DNA of 62,170 nt, filler included, from Choristocarpus tenellus KU-1152 (Eukaryota > Protista > Phaeophyceae): NCBI GenBank assembly GCA_964200185.2. It is 11 parts of 11 records of this genome, joined end to end, with 100 filler letters (N's around TTAATTAATTAA, not from the genome) between each part and the next. Parts side by side here need not be neighbours in the genome. Positions count along the whole stretch, not along the records: positions 24,852 to 29,886 come from CAXNAD020012096.1; positions 29,987 to 40,250 come from CAXNAD020003029.1; 9 more parts are not named here. One strand, 5' to 3'. Made by a program: the position numbers and the translations under genes. The notes under the pieces are model-generated. The model made no database searches and was not told the origin of the DNA. It was given only the letters and a program-made list of their open reading frames with translations. Positions 25,331 through 37,910 of the stretch are shown one piece after another; position 1 is the stretch's first letter; each line of letters begins with the position of its first letter.

Positions 25331-28222
25331 CCTTGTTCCCTTGTCCAGTACCACGCACTCATAGATGACCCCTGTGTAGTAATTGAGACCACGTGCTAGA
25401 CTGAGATCAAACGAGACATACTGTTGTATCCATGACAGGATTGGACACATCCATGACAGGATTGGACACACAACGGGCACCCAACAACAGTGTAACAGAG
25501 GTGAGAAGGAGAATGGGGGTGAGGGGGGAGGGTAAGAGGCCCTGAAGGGGCGATAGCTTGTGTGTGTGGTGGGACTCGTTGTTTGTTTAGGGTTAGGGTT
25601 AGGGTTAGGGTTAATCAAGGTTTGTTGATGATGTTCTGGTTTCTCATCTCATCACATCACATAACATCACATCACATTGGATTAGGGTTACAACACGCCA
25701 GTACTATACAGTGCCCCTTCCAAAAATAAAACAGCATGAATAACCTAGAAAAAGGACCAATGCACCAGCTGCAGTATATCATCATGATAATACAACATAA
25801 ATGCTGGTATACCTATTAATGGTACTCAGTGCCATAACAATAAACAAACACATATATATGTATCTATGTATCTATATTTGTATCTATATTTGTATCAAAA
25901 ATATAGACTTGACAGTGTTGATGACATTCTCAGCCAATAATCTACTGCAAACAATTAATATCAATACAATAAAAATAATATATTTTCACAGTTCACATCT
26001 CTCCCAGAGTCACTAGAGAGATACATGCATGCCAGGGGGTAGGATCATCTCGTGTCTATTAACACTATCAATATTAACACTACCAATATTAACACTATCA
26101 ACATTACTGCCCCACCATATACCCTTGATCTTTGACATGGTTCTACTACATACACCAATAAGACCACAATCCATCACTCTCAACCCAGAACTGTAAATCA
26201 AAACTATAAATCAAAACTTCGTAAGACTCAATTAAGGGTACTAACCTACCTGCAGTAGCGTATACATTTTAAAAAGTACACCATATAATATATGCAATAC
26301 CATAACATCGACAATACTCCAGACCCTAACCCTACTTATTAACAGTACCCACACACCCATTCTGCACCTTCCAAGTCCAAGTACCAACTATTTATACTGT
26401 ACCTTATTGTGTCAAACTGTACTGTACCTTCAGAGTTCCCATAGCATCGAGGTAGTTGAAGAGCAGCTCCAACTCAGACATGGCCGCCGCTGCATCCTGT
26501 TCAAAAAACACATCAAATCACATCAAATCAATGACACAGACGCGAGTGAGTATACCAGAACAAAAAAAACATCCAATCACGGACATTGGAATGAATCATG
26601 TAGAGGTACACCTTGGAAAGGGGGGGGAGGGGGAGGTGTTACATAGATGTTGTCTCACAAATATCAGAGAAAAGGAAAAACATAGCATACAGCATACACC
26701 TCTGTTTCTCTCCGTTGTATGGTGCATGGTGTATGAAATATTCTCTGATCAATGTCCGTTCCATGTGGAAATTTTGAAGAAATTTCCAGATGAGCAAGGA
26801 AAGGATAACACATATTTTGAAATCCTTGTAACCTTCTTCAGTGTTGAATTTGATTGCTAACGCTAACCCTAACCCTACTAACAATCATTACAACTAACCC
26901 TAACTCTAACTACTAACAGTCATGACTACTAACCCTAACCCTAACCCCAAAAATCATGACTAAACCTAACTCTAACTACTAACAGTAATGACTACTGACC
27001 CTGACTCTAACTACTAGCAGTCATGACCACTAACTCTAACCCTAACTAGTAACCCTAACCCTAACTACGAACAGTCCTCTGTGCTGTCGGAGTGAGTCCC
27101 TTGCCATCAAAACATTCACGGCCTTGAATGAGCAGGTCTCTCAGTTGGTTTTTACCCATTTACCCAATTTCTCTTAGGGTTAGGGTTAGGGTTGATCTCA
27201 ACACTGGTGTGCAGAAATCTTTAAGTTGTCTGACCAATTCCAACATAGGGCCTCTAAAGGGACAAGGAGACTTGAGCAAAACACAACAATAGTCTAATCG
27301 AGTATCACTACTAGTTCAAATATTAATAGTAATAGTAATAGTAATAGTAATAGTAATAGTAGTTACAATAATACTATGAATAGTGGTTCAAATAAAAATA
27401 ATGATCACAATAATAATATGAATAGTAGTTCAAATGATACCAATGATTACAATAATAATAAATAACATACAAAAAAACATTAAAAAGTGTATTAACATTC
27501 CTTCTGTTCCGATGAAAACAACCCTAGAAAATCGTCGGTCCACATCCATAAGGGTTAGGGTACATGGTCCATAAGGGTTAGGGTACATGGTCCATAAGGG
27601 TTAAGGTACATGGTCCATAAGGGTTAGGGTACATGGTCCATAAGGGTTAGGGTACATGGTCCATAAGGGTTAAGGTACACTGTCCCTGAAGGGTTCACAA
27701 AACCAGACACTTGACACAAAACCATTCAAGAGAGTAGGGTGGAGGAGCTGAACGTTCACAAGTCGAGAGGGAGAGGAGAGAGAGATCAGTTTTTGTTTTT
27801 ATCTTTATTTTTAATTTTTTTTTTAAATCAAAAAAGGATACAATCAGGTACACTACTACATGGCATAGATTAAGTAATGCGCCTCTAGTACCTCCAGTAC
27901 ACGCATTGTAAAAAGAAATAAAATGATCAGGTGCATGCAGTCGGAGATGAACAGTCAGACATCCCAATCAGTCAAAGGTTTTATCTTCACATTACATTCC
28001 CAAGGTACTTAGTTACTTAGTTGGGTGGTCCGTACTGCAGTGGACAAGAAAAAAATATAATCAACACGTGAACCTTACCGGGTGATCGCCGAACCTCTTT
28101 TCCTCTGTCAAGGTGGTCCACACTTCCTTGGCACCACCCTCCAGACCAGAGCTGACAAAGGTACCAATCTGCTCCGCTGACTCTTCTGACAAGCCCTTCT
28201 CCTCCACCATCTCTTTCCGAAC
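25331..28222 (-). CDS. HARS: Histidyl-tRNA synthetase (eukaryotic type), partial; exons 28079-28222, 26428-26496, 25331-25420
   Basis: Spliced phase-0 exons with AG/GT ends read [20 protein letters not shown]...GDHP / [23 protein letters not shown] / [21 protein letters not shown]. This contains the HisRS signature [13 protein letters not shown]. Confidence 0.92.
25587..25612 (+). repeat. (TTAGGG)4 interstitial telomeric tract in a HisRS intron
   Basis: Read directly. Confidence 0.9.
26857..27076 (+). repeat. Telomere-derived ~35-bp degenerate satellite
   Basis: Unit ctaaccctaactctaactactaacagtcatgacta, about 6 copies. Confidence 0.85.
27545..27678 (+). repeat. 23-bp minisatellite (tccataagggttagggtacatgg), about 5.8 copies
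   Basis: Direct count; every third unit has ttaagg. Confidence 0.95.
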
Positions 28223-28257
28223 CTTGTTTTTTCCAACCAACAGATGATACAACGATA

Positions 28258-28352
28258 CAATAATAATAATAATAATAACAATAATAATAATAATAATAAT
28301 GATAACAATAATAATATTATAATAATAATAACAGTAATAATAATAATAATAA
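28258..28352 (+). repeat. (AAT)n microsatellite; similar tracts near 27325-27465, 29210-29237, 39936-39960
   Basis: Read directly. Confidence 0.9.
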
Positions 28353-29328
28353 CATCACCATACCACTGTGTAGTATGAAATAAAAACTGAGTGATGTCAT
28401 TACAATAATAATAATAATTATTATTATTATTAGACGCTGTACATTGATGTCATTCCATTCAACTGCTTGATCTTTATCCATGGTAGACTATCAAATTTGG
28501 CTCTCTCTTATGCATTCAATTCAAACGGTTGTGGTAGCGACCTAAGGTATTATCTAACCCTAACCCTAACCTATTAAAACACCAGTATATCAGTATATCA
28601 GTATACCAGTACACCAAATGCAATATAGCATAGTGCAAATGAAACATACACTCATACTTTTTCAAAGTGTCTTGATTAGCAGCAAAAGTAGATACTATTC
28701 TTACCACCACCAAACACACACACACAACACACACAACACACACACAACAATACCTTCACAACACTCTTACTAACACTCTTACTAACACTCTTACTGCTTC
28801 AACTCCACCTGTAGGACACTAAACATGTTTGTAAACACACTCAACAGACCACAAGGACAAGCACACAACCATAGTGACAAGTAATAGCTGTATTGAACTG
28901 GGAAAGAGTTGAAGAAGCATTATATTTTATCTGAGTAATATTATTTTATCTGAGTAAATTCATACTAAAATTAATTAAATACTAAAATTTAACTAATACT
29001 AGAATTAATTCATACTAAAATTGTACCAAATAAAAAGAAACAAGAGGAGAACACCAACTACAAGAACAACTACAGTATATAGGGCTCCTAGAACGAGGAT
29101 AGATGATTGGTCGAGATTTTGAAAACACTCAAAATAAGAAAAAAGTGTATGAGATTAAACCACACCACATATTATGGATCCAACATACAAATTTACTACA
29201 GTAAGAATAAAATAATAATAATAATAATAATAATAATTCTGAAGTAATTATAGCACCTTATGAATATTATGGAACAGATTCAGTACTACAACATAAAATA
29301 GGAAGACTCTACCACAGTAATAATATTA

Positions 29329-29886
29329 CTACTTCCGTGCCATAAGTCTGTGCTGCATTGTCCATACCGTTTGAAGATGTTAATGAAATCCATTTCTGAA
29401 ACAAGATTTGGAATCCTCGGCAAATTTGTGGTTAGGGTTAGGGTTAGGGTTAGGGCCACCTCCTTTTTATTATTACTACTCCCCATTCACCACAATATTA
29501 GCAGCCACGGAAAAAGCCTCCATGTCTACCTTTTGCGTGTTTTGAATCTCACCAGACAACTGCCTCTCTTCCTTACCCCTGTGTGCTCCACACTGAAGTC
29601 ATTCCCCCCTTTGTATCTCAAGTACTTGATTGTACACTACAAAAAAAGAACTGCCAAGCCCTCTCAAGCGTGTGCTTTCATCATACTCCTCCTCATACTG
29701 CTTCTTAATGACCTTCACCATCTCCTCAACCGACCCAACCCACTCCCCCATTGCCCCGCATTTCAAAGGCCTGAAGAAGCACAGGCCCATGATATTGAGG
29801 TCGATGGAGTAGGATGACAGCATCACAACCCTAATCGACCACCCTCCTGACAAGGTTTCTGAGTTGCCCTTGTCCATACGGGGGGG
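29329..29886 (-). mobile_element. DD39D-type mariner, 3' half
   Basis: TA|CTACTTCCGTGCCATAAGTCTGTGC TIR; SIDLNIMGLCFF motif; homologous to 31150-31720. Confidence 0.8.
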
Positions 29887-30347
29887 NNNNNNNNNNNNNN
29901 NNNNNNNNNNNNNNNNNNNNNNNNNNNNNNTTAATTAATTAANNNNNNNNNNNNNNNNNNNNNNNNNNNNNNNNNNNNNNNNNNNNCCCTGTCGACCCCC
30001 CCCCTTAGGAAGGATGCCCAAGTGTCCCTGAATATCACCAGGGTTGCGCTTGCAGTGCAGTACGCCCTCGCGATGGTCCCTGGTGAGCATGAACTGCCGA
30101 AACACGTTGGGCCAGCCCTCGCAGCAGAGTTTGGAGTGTCCAAGTGTTATATGCGAGGGCTCTGGGAGGACGTCACCAATCAGCTCGCCTATGGCCACAC
30201 GTAGTGGGCAGCCTTCAGAGCTCACACCGACCAAGATGGCCACAATACACAGTATCAACTCCGATAATCGACCATCCACAGTGTGTCAAGTGACAATGAA
30301 GATGGTCGCCAAGGGGCTGAATTATAGCATGAGCACCATAAACAGGT

Positions 30348-30610
30348 GACCCTAAGTATATTAGAGGTTAGAGCAGTGTCCGTTTGGGGGCAAAAATCCA
30401 ATCTTGTCATTTTGATGTAATTTTGGCTATCGTGTTTTGTTAGTTAGGAAGTGTTAATATCCTTGTTCCGGACACACTTTTTAATAACGTACACATTTTA
30501 CCTACTCCGAAATATTTTGGACTAGGAAAATGTCATAAAAAACCCTGAGGGAAGCCAAGCACCAAATAATGGACAGGGCAAAACTCGTACCCTCTAAGAC
30601 ACTTTCACTC
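30348..30610 (-). mobile_element. MITE family B with 4-bp TSD AGGT
   Basis: AGGT at 30344-30347 and 30611-30614; empty paralogous site near 20561-20575. Confidence 0.92.
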
Positions 30611-31597
30611 AGGTGGTTGAATGCTATGGGGGTCATGCCGAATCACAGCTGGATCAAACTCAAGCTTAAATCGTGGCAAAAGGTAAGGAGAATGGACTTT
30701 GTTTGCGATCAAGTGGACTTGAAACGTGGTGTGTACGCCTCCATGGCAAACAAGATCCATGTGGCTGAAACCTGGTTTTACGTGATGGGTGATGGGGAAA
30801 GGGTTAGGGTATTTCCGCATGGGGATGATTGTGACCTTCCAGGGTCCCCTACTGTGCAGCACAAGAGTCACATCCCCCAAACCATGATCATTGCAGCCAA
30901 CACCCGCCCAGATTCAAATCACAGCTTCAATCGAAAGCTTGGTGTTTGGGGTGTGTGTGCCAAAAACGGCAGACAGGACAAGCAAGAACCATAAATGGGG
31001 TGTGTGTATGAGCAGGGCTGTACTTTAGACCATTTGTGGTACAGGAAGTGGTACACAAAGGAGTTACTGCCTGCAATCGAGACCAAGATGCCTTGGTTGC
31101 AGGGGAACCTCGTTGTCGTTCAGCAAGACGGTGCCACCCTCCACACAGGCAAGGGCAACTCAGAATCTTATCAGGGGCAGGGAATACTGAGGGGTGGTCA
31201 ATATCATGGACCTGTGCTTCTTCAGGTCTTCTTTGAAATGCCAGGTGATGGGGGAGCGGTTTGGGTCCGTCGAGGAGATGGTGAAGGTCATTAAGAACAG
31301 TATGAGTATGATGAAACCAAATTTGAGAGGGCTTGGCAGCTCCTTTTTGTGGTATACAATCAAGTACTTAGATATGAAGGGGGGAATGACTCCAGTGTGG
31401 AGCACACAGGGGTAAGGAAGAGGCAGTTGTCTGGTGATCTTGAAAACACGCCGAAGGTAGACATGGAGTCTTTTCTGTGGCTGACAAAATTGTGATGGAT
31501 GGGGAGTAATAATAATAAAATAGCAGACCCTAACCAGAAATTCGTCAAGAATTCCAAATCTTCTTTCAGAAATGAATTTCAACATCTTCAAGCATTA

Positions 31598-31680
31598 AAC
31601 AGCTGATTTCAAAAATTGAGGATGGGCTTGACCCCAAATTGACTGGGATAAAGTCTCGATATGTTTTTTTTCTTCTCAAT
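31598..31680 (+). mobile_element. Short 'aacagc...aaaattgaggatgg' repeat (family D); other copies near 42675-42733, 43582-43624, 53098-53169
   Basis: Four copies share the 5' end. This copy is flanked by ATTA and is absent from the paralogous mariner. Confidence 0.65.
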
Positions 31681-31899
31681 ATTAGGGACAACACAGCACA
31701 GACTTATGGCACAGAGGTAGCACATCATAGTACTGCTACCACTTGCCAAGTGAGGTTGGTGAATGAGTCAAACATACACACATAGACACACCATAAACAT
31801 TACCAGGGCGTACCTTTTGTATTTGCCAAATATTCCTTAGTAGTATTGGAGGAATACTTTACATTATTATTACAATGATTTTTTCACTCTGCACCTCTC

Positions 31900-33900
31900 A
31901 AAACTAGACAATGGGAGCAGCAGCGAAAAATTGCCATGACCAGAACATAGAAGAAAAAAGATCATGTCATGCAAGAAAAAATTATACATAAAAAAGAGAT
32001 GGCTCAAATGCACAACAAACAGATAGTCCATTCTAGGCATCGTCCCCAATACACAGCTAGCAACCAGTTACAAGAATTAGCATGTTGTGCCAAGATCAAG
32101 AGGCTGCAAGTGTGCCTATATTATGCAAATGGCATGGATGCAGCATGTAGGACGCAGTGTCGAAATTAAGATAGGGAGGAGGTGATTCTTGGGTAAGTCG
32201 GACACTGATCCAGAAGAAATTACGTAAAAACATTAGTATGACTAGTTTGTGAGAAGAGTGGTACGACTTTTACGATACTTACCACTTCACTAGATGATAA
32301 TAAATTTGATGTAATCCGACTCACCCATGTCATGCATCTGAACTGTTGTAACCCTACCTTTAACACTGGTAGCTCAAGTAAAAGAGTAATATCTACACCG
32401 ATCAAATCAATCGAATGGCTTACTAAGTACATGTAGCAATGAGTCTGTACAGGAACTATTTTGCGTAACACCCTTTGCCCACTCCCTCGACATGATCACT
32501 ACAAATACTGTTGAACATATTGCATTGGCATTGCTCACAAATCAACCTGGTTAAAAATACAACCTACAAGACAATTACTCAATGAAGAAGAGAGGAATCA
32601 TGATCAAGAAGGTTGCATTCACGATGACCTAGGGTCACATGACCTTGATCAATACCCATCAACACACCAGTCCAAATATTTCAATTCACATACACAGTAA
32701 TAATATATTAATGTATTGATTCCACATGATATCTACCAGGCTTACTACTTACTTGGTCAGCATGGTTAAAACTCCACTGCGCCCACAAATTTCAACCTGC
32801 TGTTATGGAAAGCAATGTGTATGCAATACCAGTGTTTCCACACCTCTACTGTCTCTCAAATCACCACAGCAACAGCAGGGTCAAAGAGCACAGAAGGAGG
32901 TTGGAAAAAAGCAACACGAAACACGCATGCACTGCTGGCGCTGCTACTCAATAAGATATCGGCATCCCAACATAATACAAAACACACACCACGAACGAGA
33001 GAAGAAGAATCTCAAGTAAATTCAACAACACCAAAATGGCATAACTATTCTTGCCAAACCATGGACACAACACCCCAAACTTGAACACTTGACTCGGCTG
33101 GCGAGGCCAAACCAGTACACACTTGACACCTCAGACGCAAGAGGCAATCAAATCAAGATTTTGTTTGTTCTTCACTGGCTACTCCATGCTTCATATAGAA
33201 AAAAAAAGTGAATCTCACCTATATGCCAGCAAAATATCTGGCAAAGGAAAACAAAACCACTCCATAAATAGAGCACACAAAATAAGAAAACTTGCAACAA
33301 GAACACAAGGCACATCTATTGCTTCCCCAAGTGGGACATACACTAATTGCTCCTACATCATCGAGATGAAGCCAATGCCTGCTCCACGCACAAAGGCTTC
33401 TTTTGCTCGAAATTGATTACACCAAGCATTCAACAATCACCATGTTAAGGTTCTCACTTGCATCCACTGAAAAATGGGAAAAATCAACCATTGCTGGAGT
33501 TAAGTACACATAGGTTGGTGAGACAATCTGACAAGTCAAGAGGAAATCGCTGAAAAATGCATCCAGCAGATTACACCCACCATGAAATCAACATTTCCTC
33601 CAACAGTTGTACCATCCTGCCAAAAATTGTTGTCACATTTTTCACAGATGGTACGCACGGCATCGCTATCATAAACCTGCTACTTCAAGGAGTGTGTCAC
33701 ATAGCAACTATTTTTGAGGGGGGTGGGGGGGTAAGGAAGGCATAACATTGTCCTACAAGAAGAACAAGATATAGCGAGCCATGCCCATAGTATTGTAAAC
33801 CCAACACTAGAAGCATCCACCACCTGACTCAACAAAATCTCCTGACCATTTTCCACAAGTAGATCCACCATTAATGCAACACAATTGAAGGGGGACTACA
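31900..33900 (+). pseudogene. Highly decayed LINE-type RT / RNase H remnant
   Basis: A-rich strand with frameshifted DFYDTY..KFDVI, TGTILRNTLCP, CIHDDL and later FFTDGT. Confidence 0.4.
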
Positions 33901-34356
33901 AAACCCACATACTACTACTCTGCCTAGCCATTCCTGCTCTCGTCATTTATAATCGCCATGTGCTTTGAGAGTTCAAACAAAAGCAGGGTAATGTACAATT
34001 GACACTACATTGTACAAAGTGCTCACCAGTTCCCCCACGACAACGAGAACTTGTCCTGTAGCGCCATTCTCTCTGGCTCCTCATGAACTCCTTGGAGCAT
34101 TGATCAGAAGCGATGCATGTCCTTCTGCATAGCCCATCACCTACCCCCCACTGCCACCAATACTAAAAAAAAGAGCATCAGATAGTGACCCTTGTAAGAG
34201 ACATAGGTACTCCACAACCTAGTGTAAGAACCCACAATGCTCATCACACATGGTCCGGAAAAAAGATCCCACCAAGTGATGATCCCTGTATGATCTAACT
34301 ACCATGACAACCGTCCAAGCACCCACCTCCCATGTTGCTTCCTTGGTAGTTTCTGG

Positions 34357-37005
34357 TTACTGCATGCTTTTTCGGCGGGCTGGTGGAGAATGATCACTAG
34401 CAGTCACAGAGTCAATACAATCTACTGAAACATCAGAGTTGGCCCTACTGAGCCGGGAAGTGCCAATGATTGGTCTTGACCCCCTCAAAGCAGAGGTGGC
34501 GCCATCCCCTTCCTGCAACTCTTCCTTTCTTCCCCCCTGGTCACCTAAGGATGTCTCATCGAAAAAAGCTGGCTGGAGCTGCACCAAGTCCAGCTCACTT
34601 CCCATTTGCAAGAGGGACTCCTCTCCAACCTCAACCATAGAGGACGATGAAGTAGTGCTCTCTTTGGAGACTCTTCGCAACAGTGTACGAATGGACAGAT
34701 GTTTCTTCTTCACCACGGTTGTCCTTTCTGTACTGTCCAATGACCTGCCAATGATCCCTTCCGCCCCAGACCCAGACATCACCGAGGTCGCAGAATTCAC
34801 CCTCTTGGATATAGTGGAGCCTTGTACATGAAGAAGTTCTTGGGATTGGTCTGTGCTAGGCATCCCCTTCCAAGTCCAACGCCGCTTCAGTGCTTTCGAC
34901 GGCTTAGATGTTTTATCGCTCCCACATTGCTGTATCCCATCCACACCAACTTCACCAACAGTCCTCTCTACACTAACTCCCCTTTCACCACTGTCACATC
35001 CACTAGGTGCAGCCCCTAGCAAAACGTCCACACCACCTGACCTCCCCACACTTTTGCTGTTTGGATTAACTGCGTCCTCCTTTTCACGTTCCAACCCCCC
35101 AGCCCCTACAACACAATCATGATCCTTGACACCAGCAGACAGCAGGCGACCTATGCCCCCCTTGACAATCCCACTGCCTTGCCTATCAGCGTCAGTCACT
35201 GACCCCTTTCCCACGCAGTCCTCGCCCCCTCCCTTGCCAGGCCAGGTGTTGGTATTCCTATCCATACCCGACCCAGACAAGCCAAGATCAGAGGACAGAA
35301 GTGCTGTGTTGTTAGTGGACCTTGTTCCATATGCCCATCGTAACCGTCCCGCAGCAAGACCACTCCGGTCCTCCAAGGTGTCAGTGCAGACAGCAATCGC
35401 AGAGCAGGGGGCGGCCAAAGCAGCGACCTCGGCTGCACGACGCAGCATCCCCCACCTTTCCGCAACCTGTTCGTTGACAAGGGTGAGGAGTGCCCCAACA
35501 TTCTTCCGAACGGCCTGCTCCGTCTGTTCTGCCACATGTTGCTTGATGGAAGCCTCGAATGCTGATGCAATGAGGTTGTAAAGTCCGCTCAAGTGACTCT
35601 CACTCACACGAATTGTCACCCCACCAACTGATACCCGCAGGCGCGATATGTGGAGTCCGCGAGGATTGTCCAAATCCTTGGAACCTTCAACACTATCAGG
35701 GGAACTACTTGGATCGGCCTTCCGGCCACCACCACCACCCCCCTCGGAGCCCAATCCAGCCCTCCCCTGTGCGGTGTTTTCATCTCCAATAGACCGTTCC
35801 TTGCCATCAGCATTGAGGTCTACAGTATCCAACTCCAGAAGTATCCCCAGGCTAGCAACAGTGGCGCTAGCAGTCCCAGCTGTCTTGATACCTGGAAAGC
35901 TCATCTGCTTGACAGACCACTTCACATCTCTGAGCTCCGCACTCATGTTCGACATACGGACTGTCAAAAACGGTGGTTTGGGCTTAGGGGTAACAAATGC
36001 TGGTGAAGAACAGGAACTGGAACTGCTACCAAAGCACTTAACCTCATTGGGTACCAGCACTGACTTCGAGGCAGGCATTGGCAACATCCTACCTGCCCCT
36101 CCCTGCCCCTGCTCCTCTCCAAGACCATTGCGAGACTTGTCTGAAGCATCCTGACCCTTCGCACCCCAACCCCAACCCCAGTTCCACGCATGTCCCCGAC
36201 CTCGTTGCCCAACCCCACCATGCAGAGTGCCTGAATCCCTCCCCTTATCAGTCACATCCGTCTCCACACTACCTCCATCCTCACTCCCACCACAGTGGTT
36301 GATTCCAACATCATTGTCTCTCGCTGACATAGGACGGTGTCCAGCCACAAAGTCATCCACTGTGAAGGGTTTATCCTTGCAATCCTCCTCATCGCTGTCG
36401 CTCAACTCTCCCTCGCACCCCTTGCACACAGCCATTGACAGGCAGCACACACACATAGACAGTGAAAGGTCATTTACATCATCCAATGCATTCCAAGGGA
36501 CACCACACACACACACACACACACAAGAAATGAATAATGTGACCAAAACACACCTGCGTGCACGGTATAGAACATTTGAGCACCTATCAAAATGTGACCA
36601 GGAAACCTTGGTATGCATATGCACAGCACACGAAAAAATGCACTGAAGGGGGGGAGGGGGGGGTATGGGATCACCTCAAGGATAGTTATGTCTTTCGGCT
36701 GAAGGTATGCCTTAACATGGGCACCATTGCCCAGCTTCCAGTCGAGGTTCACCACAAAGCAGCGAGTGCGCTTCTTATATCGTTTGATGCATCCACTACC
36801 CATCTTCGTCATAACAGGTGTACCTCTGGTTGTAACAGCAAACAATTTACAGAAGAAAAAGGATAGTAAGGAAAGGAATTGGAGAGGAAATGTCAATCCA
36901 TTTGACAAGAAGCACATTGGGCGTAGCCAGAAGTTGAATAAAAATATTTAAGAGCACTCTGCCTGTGCCACACATCACAGTAACTTCCAAGGTCTAAAAC
37001 ATAGA

Positions 37006-37041
<36 letters not shown>

Positions 37042-37910
37042 TGCACTGATCTCATCCAACCTGGAACATAGGACCCTTTTGCAACAAGAACTATTGGGAA
37101 TCTAACCGTTTTCACCTGATCATACCCGCAACCGTTTGACAGACCAACACCAAGGCAAACCTGACCGCAATAATATTATTGAAGAGCTGTAAAAAGAACA
37201 CGCCGGCAAACATTAGCTGAAAAAAATGCATGAGTTTTATCTCTCTCCCCCCCTTCCCCCTGCTTTCACCTCTTTGGGAGGCGGTATCCCATCATTGCCA
37301 GATTCACGCCCTCCTTCGCAACGTGAACTCCTTTCAAGTCCAGGTTCCACAGCCTGCAGTTCACACCCTTCCCCACAAAAGATGTCTGTCCAACTGGCAG
37401 ATTGCCGAGGCCATCCAAAAGGAAGCCCAGTATGGAGTCTCCCACCTGATTACGGTGGTGGTTCACAAGGGAGGGGGAACACTTACCAAATAATACATGG
37501 CAGAAGCCTTACTGACTCCTCCTGGTACATGCTTTCTATGTAGACAACACAAAAAGAGGTTGGAGGGAGAACACATCCCTTTGTCCACTGCTTCACACCC
37601 AAAGTCAAACATATGCATGCCTCACTTCTCATATCTCTCTCAACCATCCTGGCCAATACTTCACAACCACTTTGCAGGGAGTACAGTAAACTAGTGAAGT
37701 GCCGAAGACCTAATCGCCACAGAGCTGGGATTAGATCAACTAACAACAGCAACACGCCTCCTCTCAGTTTTCCCTCACCGCAAGGATGAGGTACACATCA
37801 ACCTGTTGTGCAGCCCTCCCCAGGGCTCGCTCCACCTTACCCATGGTCTCCTCACCCGCAGCTACAATACCACCTTTCAGGCACTCCACTGCTTCGAGGA
37901 GATCTAAAAC
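34357..37910 (-). CDS. TULIP/BPI-like (HAM1 C-terminal/DUF4449-like) protein, 3' part; exons 37803-37910, 37270-37445, 36675-36825, 34357-36420
   Basis: Phase-compatible GT-AG exons (0/0, 0/2, 2/0, 0/stop; 833 codons). FLTVRMSNMSAELRDVKWSVKQMSFP...GTASATV...VSESHLSGLYNLIASAFEASIKQHV resembles tubular lipid-binding domains. Confidence 0.75.
37010..37038 (+). repeat. (AG)n intronic microsatellite
   Basis: Read directly. Confidence 0.9.

Larger units (their letters stand above)
29987..31720 (+). mobile_element. DD39D-type mariner, nearly full length, decayed transposase with two nested insertions
   Basis: IHVAETWFY, VQHKSHIP, VVQQDGATLH, NIMDLCFF (compare plant-mariner DEKWF/QQDNA/NxLDLGFF). 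Right TIR gcacagacttatggcacagaggtag ends at 31720. Confidence 0.85.

Noticed and set aside
27545-27678. CRISPR array
   Set aside because: Head-to-tail repeats with no spacers, eukaryotic intronic context, no cas genes. The 94-bp arrays also lack unique spacers.
19949-31720. Fanzor/TnpB cargo in the mariner or other elements
   Set aside because: No RuvC/zinc-finger pattern (e.g. RDxNAxxN) seen. The reconstructed element is too short to carry a second gene.
34439-36646. Several plus-strand ORFs of 100-170 aa
   Set aside because: Antisense shadows of the long minus-strand exon.
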